From Podarcis bocagei (taxonomy: Eukaryota): DNA of 64,000 bases. The stretch is from the NCBI GenBank assembly GCA_964188305.1, contig OZ076896.1, one strand, 5' to 3'. The position numbers were made by a program, and so were the translations under genes. Below are positions 11,578 through 24,210 of this stretch, piece by piece (position 1 is the first letter of the stretch; each line of letters opens with the position of its first letter). A model generated the notes under the pieces. That model was not told the origin of the DNA and searched no databases. It saw only the letters and a program-made list of their open reading frames with translations.

Positions 11578-14500
11578 CTATAGTTATACAGGTATCTGCT
11601 GAGAAGTTCCATAAATAAGCAACTGTACCAAAAGGAATTACTATGAAAATAATAAGTATTTGGGGAGGGGGTATAAACAGAACGGAAGGGGGCGCATATA
11701 TATATATTTGTCCTTTTCAGGGATGCCAAATTTTGTCCTCACTCAGGGTGCCATGTTACCTAATTCCGCCCCTGGCAGAAGTAGTCATTGATCTACTTAT
11801 GCACCTCCAGATGGTGGAGATGTGAAGCAGCATCCTGGTGCCTAGGCATCTTCACTTGGTTGCAAGTGGCCACCTGCCGCCTGGCAAATTTCAAACACTG
11901 ATGAAAAGCCTTACGTAGCTATGTTCTACAATTTTTCAGCTTACAAACTATGCTGTGTCCCTTTTTAGATTTCTTGTTCTATCTTGTCTTTAAATAAATA
12001 AAATAGTTTTAGCAATAGACTTGCGTTATCCCCAAAAAATCATTACAGGTTTATACATTTATTGTAACTGACCTTGAAGCTTTAGGATGTGTTGATTCAA
12101 AGCCCAAATAAATAGCCAGGTGCTGTTTGGTGACACATGCCTTTTCATTTAAGCCATGGATGGAGAATTAGATGCACTGATAGCAGCTGATAGATATCAA
12201 GAAACCCAGAGTTCACACTTCATTAAAATGCAGGTTAAATTCTTTAAAGATAGCCATTCAGGTATCTTGTGTAATCTTCTATCAGGATTGTATCTGCATT
12301 TCAGTTTGTAAGGCACTACCTGTTTGGAATAGGATAAAGACCCATTGTTATTGTCAGACCTGTTTCAAGCTAAATATTCTTCTAGTCCTTTGTGGCTGCC
12401 ATTTTTTATCAGGCATTCAGAACAGCTTTCCTTTGCTGATCTGCCATTTTCGGACATATCACTGTTTCACTTGTATGATTTCTGGTGAGACAAGCTCAGA
12501 CCTGGCTGCTTTTCTCTCAATAACAGAGAAAAGAAATGTCTCTGGTGCCTACTCTGCAGAGAAAGTTCATTCATGTGTAAATTATCAGTTGGCCTTTATT
12601 TGCTTGGCCTGTGGAGAGTACACATGCAGATAAAAGGCTCTGTGGGTCAGGGTTTAGTACATGCAGGTTTCTCCAGTGGCCACAATGGCACTGTTAGAAT
12701 TGTTGTCAAAGATTATCAGACAGGCTAGGATGTCTTATCATTATTTACTTGCAGTTTACAGAGTTAAAATAAAATTCTGCAAGCAGGATTCTATTAGAAT
12801 GTTAGAACAAAATCCACATTATGACTACTATAAGAAGTACCTTTCTTAATGAGAAATATATAAAGATTCATACGGATCCGTTTAAGAATATCTGTTTGTT
12901 AATATCACAATATTTCTTTACTTCATTATCCAGGCTACCATATCACCCTCTACCAATAATAGAAAGCAGTTTCATTGCAGTGTCTTCAAAATTTTTGTCT
13001 TCCTTATATGTATAGTTGCTAATGTGATTATTGAATCATGGGGAACTGCTTTAAATATGCTAAGATATTTATTGCACAATTGTATATTCTGCGGTGATGT
13101 TTGCACTGGCATAAGAAGTAGGTAGCAGCTGCAGTCTATGTGAGGCTGCAGAAAAGTTGTTTGATCTACAAGATCAGTAGCCTGTTACTTGGTTGCCTTT
13201 CATTGAAACATAATCAAGAATCATTAAGGCCTATTAGCAGCTGTGTTGTAAGTACATTTTGTAATGCAGTTCTCAGAGCCCCAGTTATCCTTACTAAAGT
13301 AAAGTTGTTAAGCTACAACTGTCTCTTAGTTACAGGAGGTTGATCATAAATGAGATAGGATACTAAGCTTTTGAAATGGAAATTCAAGACCCACAGGATT
13401 TGATCCATCAGGTCAGCTTCAATTCAGACATTTGGGACCAACCTGCCATTGAATGGCTGGTACCCAAGGTCATAGCTGGAAAGAGCACTATTAACATATC
13501 TGCATATATTTGTAATGTTATCATGAAAAGAAAAGAAAAATTATCCAGAATGACAAAATCATTTCACATTAGTTTTATTTTTTCCTTCCTAATCATTTTC
13601 TTGCCCTTCTTACTAGTGATATTTTATATTGGCTGCATTATTAGCATTCACATACTTAACTGTTTTGCTTGCTTTATTTTTAAACTTGCCCTTTGAAATT
13701 ATATTAGTGTTGATAGTTTGACATTGATTTCCTTCCCTTGATACTTTGTTATTTGGGCATTTTAAATGCCTAACTAGTTTCTCTAGAAGAAAAATACCAC
13801 ACTATGTGAGACTGAAAACCTTATTTCTTGAATGTTTCCCGTTTGGCAGAAGGAAGGAGGTGGGTGTGAAACTCACTGAGAAGGAAGATCACTTGGTTCT
13901 GCAGAAAGGCCTCAACACAGCCACTGGTGCAGGAAGACAAAATTCTGCAGAACTAAATATTTATGGTGTCATACTTGCCCTGGCATTTAGAATACATCTT
14001 ATATGGTAAAGTCCAAAATGCAGATGAATGAAAGCACTGAAATCAGTGATTCATGAGAAGTATTGTGACAGATGTGATTGCTGTTACAGATTATTTAGAT
14101 AACTTATCTTGTTTCTGCTTTTTGTAAAATGCTGTACAGTCTTATGTGATTACATAAATATGCCCATAAGCTAACAGAGCAGAAACTATCTCAATGGGGA
14201 ATGTAAGGAGGGTCACATATGATTATATGGATTTAAGTAGAGTATGTTCCCGGGGACGTGTGCAAAATATAGTAGGTGTTCATATCTGTGTGGGAGCCAC
14301 TTCTGTGCAGCAACTTTCCAGACCTTCCCTGAAACATGTAACCCAGTTTATCATGCAAATCTTCATATGAGCTACCCAGAAAAAGCATATAGTACAGTTC
14401 TCCTGATACTCCACCACTTCAGAATGCTGTGTCAAAAACTTCCAGGCTCTGGAAAGCTAACATGTCAGAGAGAATGTTTGTAATCTAGCACAGAGACACG

Positions 14501-14899
14501 TGATTCCCCTACCTGCATTCTGATGTGGTATAATCAAAGGAGGAGTATAATATCCTCCCCCCCCAAAAAAAATATAAATCAATTCAGTTAAAAGATTTCC
14601 AAATGGTGTGACAAAGGAAATCCATCACACATTCATTGGCATCAAACCCATCCATTGGCATAAAAACTCCAGGCACCAGTGTCATCAGGCTGCGCAGTTG
14701 TTTAGTCCCTGTCACTCCCTGGTAATTATCAGGGAATCCACAGGTGGTTATTGAACCATCATTTTTTAATCAGTGGAAATTATTCATCTCTTTTCACACA
14801 CAATGAAAGCTCAACTATGATATTACAATGTTTGGCACCACTATAAAAAAAATTGCCTTGCTGAATTGGACAAAGTTCCAGTCTTGAATTCTGCTTCCA

Positions 14900-15300
14900 A
14901 TAGTAGAAAGGTAACAAATAGGACATGAGAGTGATAGCCCTGTTTTATTCCTTTTTTGTGATGGGTGATAAACTGCTTCTGAACATCGAGGACCCACTTA
15001 GCACTCTTAACTAATAACAGTTGATAGATTTATCTTTCATGAATTTGTCTAATCCTTTTCATAGCCATCTAAGTGAGGGCCATTTCCCCAATGTACAGTG
15101 AATTCCATTACTTTTATATATTGTGTAAAGAAATATCTATTTCAGTCTACTACAGCCCATCCGTTTTATTGGATAGCCCAAGATTCAGTACTATATTGTG
15201 AAATAGAGATAATCTAGTCACTTACTCCACATTGTTCATAAAGTTATTGATTTCTGTAGTGTTCCCCTTAGACATCTTCTCCACCCCAACACAAACTAAA
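14900..15300 (-). mobile_element. CR1 LINE 3' fragment
   Basis: ttgatagatttatctttcatgaatttgtctaatccttttcatagccatctaag...gtgaattccat matches the reverse complement of the CR1 ORF2 end/3'UTR as I recall it; boundaries approximate. Confidence 0.7.
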
Positions 15301-16223
15301 CTGGACTTGCCTGTGGCTGCAATGTAAGTTTACATATTGGCATTATATTTACAGTTTTCTTTTCAATTCTTTTGTAAATGTTTTCTCTTCCTGGACAAAT
15401 GATTTCCAGTAAGCCTTTTCACTTCAAGATCTTTATCTAGTTGGTTGCAGCCGAGTTAGAGCCATGCACGATACAGATGTTTATTATGAATAAAATGCCT
15501 TCAGTGCCATAGTGTGCTTTCAAATGGGAGTGTAATATCACAAACACATATTTGGCAACAGGTTTTTTTAAAAAAAACAACCCGTGAAATTTTCCATGAA
15601 AAATGTTCTGGGGGAGGGGATGACTTCATGTGAACTGTAGCAAATTTACATGCAATAAATAAATTAAATCAATAAATAAAATTCCACAATAAATATCTGT
15701 CTGGAACTACTACATTGGGCAAAGAAAGTGGAACCAAGGGTCTTTGGAAGAAAAACTAAACTTGGCAGAAGTCCTCCCAAGTACATTAGAGGAGCAGAGG
15801 GAAAGGAAAAGCATGCAAACCCAAAGCTTCCTTCAGCTCACAGAGTCTTGTCCACTTAGTGCTAAACCATAGTTTAGTGTTACATGTAAACTGGGCTACT
15901 GTTCTTCTGGCTCACTTCCAGCATCTAGTGAATGTAAATAAACATTTGTTATTGGTTTTTATATTTATATTTTTGCCTTTTCTTATAGTCAATTTGTGCT
16001 TTTTGTTTTCCAGTTTGTGTTCTTTTTCAATTTCCTCATGTGAGCACAATTTTAAAATAATTCCTCTTGCCTTTCATAACTTCCTTAATTTGCATTTTGT
16101 CTATGAGCATCCTTTGGCGCTTTTGAGTCTTTTCTGATGAGTCCTATAGATTCCTATTGAATCTATATTATAGTTGTTTTATATAAACTACAAGCTTCGT
16201 AATGATATTTCAACCTTCAGTAC

Positions 16224-16367
16224 CTTCATTTTTGAGAAACTTCCCCTCCTGAATATTGATGAAGGAATATATTCCACTCATATATGCATGATTGTGAAAG
16301 CACATTTGCACCTGATCTTGTGTACTGCTTAGGTTTAAATCAAGAATCACTTCTGCTCTTGGTGGTC
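16224..16367 (-). pseudogene. Candidate exon, PPRAEVILDLNLSSTQDQVQMCF...GKFLKNE
   Basis: aataag|GA acceptor (weak), AAG|gtactg donor; 47 codons with no stop; phase 1 to phase 1. Confidence 0.3.
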
Positions 16368-16644
16368 CTTATTACCAAAATGTCATAAAACATCATTTAT
16401 TATATCCAGAAATAACATATGAATTTACAATTTACAATTTATGCACTCATTTTTTAAACAGTTGAAGCCACTCATTAGTATTGCTTTTTTCTACTTCAGC
16501 TACCTCCTTGGTTTATTTTTACGTCTCAAAATTAACATCGTGTTTTGCTGAGGGAGATTCTTACTTTAACAATAAGATTCTGCCAATAGAAGTTTGGAAA
16601 GAATTCCCGCCCCCCTTCAGATTTTTAACTTAACGGACTGTATA

Positions 16645-16923
16645 CAGTGGTGCCTCGCAAGACGAAATTAATCCGTTCCACGAGTCTCTTCGTCTTGCGG
16701 TTTTTTCGTCTTGCGAAGCACGGCTATTAACGGCTTAGCGGCTATTAACGGCTTAGCGGCTTTAAGAAAAAGGAAACAAACTCACAAGAACTCGCAAGAC
16801 GTTTCGTCTTGCAAAGCAAGCCCATAGGGAAATTCGTCTTGCGGAACGACTCAAAAAACGGAAAACTCTTTCGTCTAGCGAGTTTTTCGTCTTGCAAGGC
16901 ATTCGTCTTGCGAGGTACCACTG
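16645..16923. mobile_element. Tc1/mariner-superfamily (pogo/Tigger-like) MITE, 279 bp, young
   Basis: TIRs cagtggtgcctcgcaagacgaa / ttcgtcttgcgaggtaccactg; TA target duplication at 16643-44 and 16924-25; repeated ttcgtcttgc motifs; internal tandem ggctattaacggcttagc; CpGs retained. Confidence 0.95.
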
Positions 16924-17101
16924 TACCTTCTTAGGATTTTAGAGCAACACTACCTTCAATAAACTTTCTCTATCCTTGTGTAGGTTTTAGATTTACTTTA
17001 CTGCCAATACCCGAATAACAGTAGTCATGATGGACAGATATGAAACTAGAAAACAATGGAAACGATTTGTTAAATCGAAATACAGCTTGATTTAATTGAA
17101 T

Positions 17102-17865
17102 TTATAGAAGGCTGTTGAAATCCATAGCTGTGTGTCCATTAACACTGAAGTAGGCATCGTCACACTTTTTGAACTGTGACAAGCATCCAAGAACCATGAA
17201 ACTAGTTCTATGAGCCCAGAGAGACATTAGATTTGTGTTCCTTGGACAGCATTTTCTCATGTTTTCTGGCAAACCGCTTTTGAAACTGAGGGAAGAATCA
17301 AAAGCAGCTTGTGATAGGATATGAAGGGGGTGTCAGGTGTCAAAGGAAAAAAACTTTACAATTTTATTCAGCTAACACAAGCCCCTTACAAAATGCTACC
17401 CCAAGTAGCTGTTTAGATCCAAACATCTTTGAATTTGAAAAACAGATAAGTCATGAGTTATTTCATTTTAACAATATCAACCTGTTTGTACTGTAACAAA
17501 ATGGTATTTGGCAGCTATCTATGAATACAAATATGTTTCATATCTATTATTATAGTACCTAATACACAAATATACCACTTTTCAGCATATTAACAACGCT
17601 TTGTGGCAATTTTCCTGAAAATATAGTTTATACATCTGTGAAGAGATGTACATGAAATAATTATATGGCAAAATAAAAATGCCATAGGTAACAAGCAGAT
17701 TTGTTTATGAGTATAATAATCTTATTTACCATAATAACTAAACTCAAATATAAGTTATTTATAGGCCACATTTTCTGTTTTACTGCTCTAAAGAAGCACT
17801 TTTGACTCCTGAAACCAGTAGCATGAAAATTACAGCCCTGTTATATTGCAGGTGTACTATGTACT
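17102..17865 (-). pseudogene. Cluster of candidate exons (17865-17730, 17614-17559, 17490-17390, 17285-?)
   Basis: Four strong pyrimidine-tract acceptors (ctatttctttttag, ctatattttcag, ccattttgttacag, ttgattcttccctcag); donors G|gtaaat, AG|gtacta, T|gtaagg; introns of 68-115 nt. Confidence 0.45.
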
Positions 17866-17925
17866 CTAAAAAGAAATAGACTGTGTAAACCTTACAGTAT
17901 AGGTGAAACTCAGTAATTCTCAGTA

Positions 17926-19467
17926 CAGGTGAAATTCAATAATTCACCTTAAAAGGTGAAACTAATATATGGGATAGACTCATGACATGCAAAGCAAAAT
18001 ATGTCAAGCCTTTATTTGTTATAATTGTGATGATTATGGTGTACAGCTGATGATAACCCCAAATTAACAATCTCAGAAAATTAAAATACCAAATGAAGTC
18101 AGCAAAACAAGGATTGCAAATAAAGCAATAGTGGACCTCTGAGAAGTAGAAGCATGCATATGTACTCAGTACTTGGTTTGGGCCCCTTTTGCATCAATTA
18201 CTGCCTCAATGCGGCGTGGCATGGATGCTATCAGCCTGTGGCACTGCTGAGGTGTTATGGAATACCAGGATGCTTCAATAGCAGCCTTCAGCTCTTCTGC
18301 ATTGCTCGGTCTCATGTCTCTCATCTTTCTCTTGGCAATGCCCCATAGATTCTCTATGGGGTTCAAGTCAGGCAAGTTTGCTGGCCAATCAAGCACAGTA
18401 ATCCCATGGGCATTGAACCAGGTTTTGGTACTTTTGGCAGTCTGGGCAGGTGCCAAGTCCTGCTGGAAAATAAAGTCAGCATCCCCATAAACCTCATCTG
18501 CGGAAGGAAGCATGAAGTGCTCCAAAATCTCCTGGTAGATGGCTGCGTTGACCCTGGACTTAATGAAGCACAGTGGACCAACACCAGCTGATGACATGGC
18601 TCCCCAAATCAACACAGACTGTGGAAACTTCACACTGGACTTCAAGCATCTGGCATTGTGTGCCTCCCCATTCTTCCTCCAGACTCTGGGTCCTTGGTTT
18701 CCAAATGAGATGCAAAAGTTGCTCTTATCAGAAAAGAGGAATCGGACCACAGAGCAACAGACCAGTTCTTTTTTTCTTTAGCCCAGGTAAGACGCTTCTG
18801 ACGTTGTTTCTTGTTCAGGAGCGGCTTGACAAGAGGAATATGACATTTGAAGCCCATCTCCAGGATCCGTCTGTGTGTGGTGGCTCTTGGTGCACTAACT
18901 CCAGCCTCAGTCCACTCCTTGTGAAAGTCCCCAACACGTTTGAATGGTCTTTTCCTGATAATCCTCTCCAGGCTGCGGTCCTCCCTGCTGCTTGTGCACC
19001 TTTTTCTTCCACACTTTTCCCTTCTGCATAACTTTCCATTAATATGCTTCAATACAGCACTTTGGAAACATCCAACTTCTTCTGCAATTACCTTTTGAGG
19101 CTTTCCCTCCTTATGGAGGGTCTCAGTGACGGCTTTCTGCACAACTGTCAGGTCAGCAGCCTTCCCCATGATTGTGCTTCCTACTGAACCGGACTGAGAG
19201 ACCATTTAAAGGCTCAGGAACCTATTGCAGGTGTTATGGATTGAATAGCTACTGCACCTTTTCACAATATTCTAATTTTCTGAGATTGTTAATTTGGGGT
19301 TTTCATCAGCTGTATGCCATAATCATCACAATTATAACAAATAAAGGCTTGACATATCTCACTTTGCATGTCATGAGTCTATCTCATATATTAGTTTCAC
19401 CTTTTAAATTGAATTACTGAAATAAATGAACTTTTCCATGATATTCTAATTTTTCCAGTTTCACCTG
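17926..19467 (-). mobile_element. Tc1 DNA transposon, IR/DR type, near full length (~1.54 kb)
   Basis: Ends ta|caggtgaaa and tttcacctg|ta; ~200 bp TIRs (17926-~18088 and ~19262-19467) with aaaattagaatat direct repeats; encloses a transposase gene. Confidence 0.97.
18166..19169 (-). pseudogene. Tc1 DD34E transposase with one frameshift
   Basis: N-terminal paired-like HTH part MGKAADLTVVQK...CGRKRCTS (ORF 18642..19205) and catalytic part FSD...FQQD-34aa-E (DLNPIENLW) (ORF 18166..18750); 1-nt frameshift near 18744. Confidence 0.95.
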
Positions 19468-22400
19468 TAATTGCTGCCACTGAAGAGCATTCTTACAATT
19501 TACAGACAGCATAAGCCATAGAATAAAACTTTCATAAATAACATTTTTTTAAAATACCTATTTGATCCTCTTATGCTATTTCTGATATTTGTGAATACTG
19601 TTAATACATGTTATAATTTAGCAGAGAAATCAAATATATATTCTAGCCAGTGTAAATTGTACAGTCACTACTGCAAACTAAGTTAATTGTTGCATCTGAA
19701 ACACACTGAACTTTGAGGTGATTTCAGTATCTTCTATTTAAATATTTCCTTGAATTATTTTTTTTTTTTAGAATTAAAAGAGTCCCTTTATATTTAAGAT
19801 TCTCAAGACCAGCCCTCCTGAACCTATATGAGTTTTCTCTTGCTTTTCCAGAGGGATGATTCTTGAATAGTTTGAATGGTCACACATCTACCCAGGATCA
19901 GTGTTGGCACCTGACACCCTTGGACAGCTGCCAGGGCCCAAGCACGCCTTTAAGCCCCACTATTAACATCTGCCTTAGATCCCCTTTCCTTTGCAATTTG
20001 AATTTCCCACAATGCCCCTGAAGTAGTAGTGTTCTGGGGCATTAAGAGAAATTGTAATGATGCTGCTTTGATTGCTCCAGCCATGTAAGCTGCCATGACC
20101 CACCAACAGAAAAGGGAGCTCTCCAGATTGCCCAAGGCACCCCAAACCCTAGACTGTCTCTGGGAATAAAATGTGTAATGCACCAAGTTCCAGGTAGTTT
20201 CAACCATTGCAATGATACCAGTTTCACTAAAGATCTAGTCTATCTGAAATACAGACTGCAAAGCTACAATTTTACCATCATGGTGATCAAAATTACCCTT
20301 TTCAATGCATATTATTTAGAAACATGCATCAGGGTTTACTGGGAGGATGTAGATTTACAGAGGTAGTTGGTGCCTATTTTGAAACATGTTGATATATGGC
20401 ACATGTATGACTTGTGAGTTCAAATAATGATCCACATTAAGAAAAAGTATAATTTTCAGAGTATTTTTATTAAATGTAGGCTGAGTAACAACTAAACCAG
20501 AACATATGGCGTATCCTATTTTTAATGTTCAGTTATCAAACACTCAGTGGACTACCAAAAATAGTCACTATCATATCACTAAGAGTTATCAGTGCAAAGC
20601 ATCTTAGTCATTTTGGTAACAGCAGCAAAAAAAAAAAAAACCCTAATGTAGAATGCTTTCCAAAGATAAATGGGAACTCTTTGATTCTGCTATTAGGAGT
20701 TGGGTTGTTTCAGACATTTGAAAATGTTAATTAGAAAACCAAATGCTCCTAATTTAGCACATTATCGTTATAATGTTTAAAATTATCTTATATTATTGCA
20801 TGTTTACATTATTGATCCATCTTTATTGGCTCTATGCTGTGCTTCCCTTCTTTTTCTTCTGTAGAAATGTCAGTTTTTGCATTAACTCATACAGTCCTTT
20901 ACAAACACTAAACTTCAAGCTCTTGTGTTCACATTTGCTAATGCTGCTGGTTTAGACTACTACTATTGGCTTCAGTTCAACCTGCTACTTTTTCTTCCAG
21001 TACATAACCGCACTTTCTAGATGGTTTGCATCTTTCTGCAGAAGGTTTATCCTTTAAATTAGCATGGCATTTCACTGCACCACCCCATTTTTAAAAACAG
21101 TATTATACAGGCAACATCCAATTTGTTGTGTGTCAATAACCCTCTATAAAGGCGTGATCTAGTCATCTTATATGGTTGATTTTTTAAAAAAATAAAAGCT
21201 TTTCACAAACTCTGTATTTAAAAATAAGTAGGTTTGCAGCCGCTGGAAAGTTTCATATAAGGGAATGTGAAGGATTCTTCAATTCTGTTATACAGAATAT
21301 TGAACAAGATAGGTGAACATCAGGAACTGGTTTTTTTTTGAGCAAGGGCCTCAGATCAAAGTTAATACTTGGACTCTGCCTCCTGTAGAAAACACTGGCT
21401 GTCCCAGTCTACAGTGAATTATTCTACCATTTATCTGCTGGGACTCAGCACCTGCCAAAGGAAAGGCCCTACTAACAAAGTTGCCATATTTCCTTTATAA
21501 TATCCATGATTGATACTGACTGAAATTTAAACTATGTTTCGCATTTGGCCCCTCCAGACATTATTCTGTTTCCATGGCAGCATGTTCCTCAGACCAAGCC
21601 TGTCTCTAAAACATGACACAAAAACTTATTTATACAAAATGTCTAGGACTTGTTAAACAGAGCAACAACAAAACTCCATGGGCCAACAATTATTAGGCAT
21701 AGAGGCAGTAGAGGTAGAACTATATGCTAAACAGAACTATTTCTCCCTGATGCTACTTGTTTTTAGAACTACTTTTCCTTGGTGTTTGTTCATTGGTGTT
21801 TTGGCATTGTAGCTTACATATTTTATAGATGATGACACAGAATTGCTGTTCACCAATTCTTAGCTGATAACTTTTCCATTACAACATATTGATTGTTATT
21901 GTAAACAAAACCTGGGACTGTAATTATAGGTATGGTTTTGATATGTTAGTTGTAAAAACGTTTAAACATCTCTGTACAACAAGGAGACTTACTTTTGAGA
22001 ATCAACATGCACATATGTTATATGCCCCTTGTTATGCCACTTCACCTGAAAGGAATAGGATTAGTCTTTCTTTAGATTCTAGTAACAACTATCACAAGCA
22101 GATACAAAAAAGAGACAAATGTTGCCCAGTTGTCTCGCAGTGTGGCATACTCAAACAACACAGCCCAAGTAGGATAACTCAGTGTTTTTCTGTATGATGG
22201 AGATCACAGCACATTGTTTTGAAATAATTAATGTTATTCTATAATATCTGTCTTTCTTCCCAAATCTCATGCGTGGAATTTTTGCTTCTGCTGAAAGTAG
22301 AAAGAGACCCCCCACTTAGGTGGCTGTCATTCTAGGACCATTCCTTTAATGTTAATTGGACTGTTGTGATGCCACTGTATTATGGACTCCACCCTAAGGA

Positions 22401-24009
22401 CTTTATCAGGAGTCTCTGGATTATTTCTGTTTTTGTATACTCTCATCTGAAGACTCAAAATGCCAGAAAATTGGTAACTTCATTAAGTACATCTAGTTTC
22501 ATTCACCTTGTAGACTTTTCATCAAAGCTCTTAATGAAACCCACAGCTGCTAGTATGCAATTAAAATATTAGTTTCTTTTGACTGATAAAGAATGTTTCA
22601 TTTAGAACACAATTTAAACACATTGTTTGATTCAAGAGTTGCAAACAGATTGTGTACAACAATACCATCAGAACAAAACATCCTTTCACCAAGTACAGCT
22701 TCAGTTAAATAATTCTCATTTTAAAACTGTGATTAATGAATGGATTGATTACTAATTAATACAATGAATGCTTTCAGCCGCATGTGCTAATTTCTATGTT
22801 AGCCCTGTTTGACAAAACTCATATCTGAAAGACTTTTTGAGTTCACTTTGAACTACAAGCCTTAGGCCACTGTGAACCATTTTTTTAAGTTAGACAAAAT
22901 AAGGGTGGACTGTGATACATGTGAAATAAAATAACACACTTATAGCTTGAATATATATATAGTTCATTTCCAGTCTGACATTCAGCTGTGGAATTGCAGT
23001 ATTGAAAGCAATTTCTCCAATATGCTTTTACAGTACATTTTTTGCACATCTAATGTAAACCACTGATTCATTTGCAGAGCTGCAGCTTTTATCTAGCTTT
23101 TTCTCTTTCTTTGACTCATTGGATTATAATAGGCACAGAGTTGTATTGATTACTATAACTTGCATGGGAAAATCTTTCTGCTTCAGATTGGCTATAAATT
23201 ATAAATAATGTATCTCAAAAGGCTGTGTGTTAAAAGAAGCAATGTTCTTCTGAGACACTCTCATGTAAAGCTCTTAAGGCAGAGGTTATTAACTTTATGA
23301 TTGCACTATTGGTGTACTTGACCCGTAGCAATGATCACTATCCATAAAATCGTAGACTAGATAACCATTGTCTGCCTTTTCCAGCAATGTTCATTAGCAG
23401 AGACCACCAAAGATCACTCTAATAAGCAGAGGGTCAATATTCACTGCATCAGTATAAATTTGTTTGGTGCAACAATGAAGTTATCCTCCCTTCCACTCCA
23501 GCTAAAAAAGCAGTACTGTGTAATTGGGGTGTATAGATTTTGTACATATTGGCTGCTTCTGGACATAATGCTAAACTATTGTTTAGTGCAGGGATGGGGA
23601 ACTGTATTTGGCTTGTGGTTTAGAGCCAGATGTGTGGGACTGCCTATCTGCCAATCATCTGATGTCAGGTGATTCAACATCAAAGGAAGAAGTGGGAGTG
23701 CACTCCCAATTCTTCATATCTTCCTTTGCAGCCCCAGCTTGAATTCAATAAAACATAGTTAATATTAAGCAGAGTTTGAAGTTTGCTAAGCAGCTGCTAA
23801 TTAAAAATGGAAGTGAAAACTTCAGATCTCCTCACAGCCACTCCAGAGGGGAGAAGGGAACACATGAGTTAAAGGCTCGTGAACATAATGCTAAATTGTA
23901 TTTTAGTATTTAACATCCCTTTAAATTGAAACACATTTGCCATTTTAATGCTCATTCATCCAGTTTTTGGTTTTACCACTCTGAACAATTTGATGTCACA
24001 ACAGACTTG

Positions 24010-24210
24010 GCCCCCTCACTGCTCACCTGTAACTGCAGTTAATGTATGAACAAATTTAAAAGCACCAGTCCAGTGCAGGATCTTGGGAACCTCACTGTTA
24101 CATCCTTTCATTGTGACAACTGTCCATTATTCCTACTCTCTTGGGTTCTTCAAATAGTTACTGATCCATTAGAGGGCCTGCCTTCTTATCCCTAGACCAC
24201 TAACTTACTC
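24010..24210 (-). mobile_element. CR1 LINE reverse-transcriptase fragment
   Basis: aaaagcaccagtccagtgcaggatcttgggaacctcactg resembles the reverse complement of the SGVPQGSVLGPVLF-coding region; boundaries approximate. Confidence 0.6.

Noticed and set aside
16645-16923. CRISPR-like spaced ttcgtcttgc repeats
   Set aside because: Eukaryotic DNA; irregular subterminal motifs inside a TA-flanked MITE.
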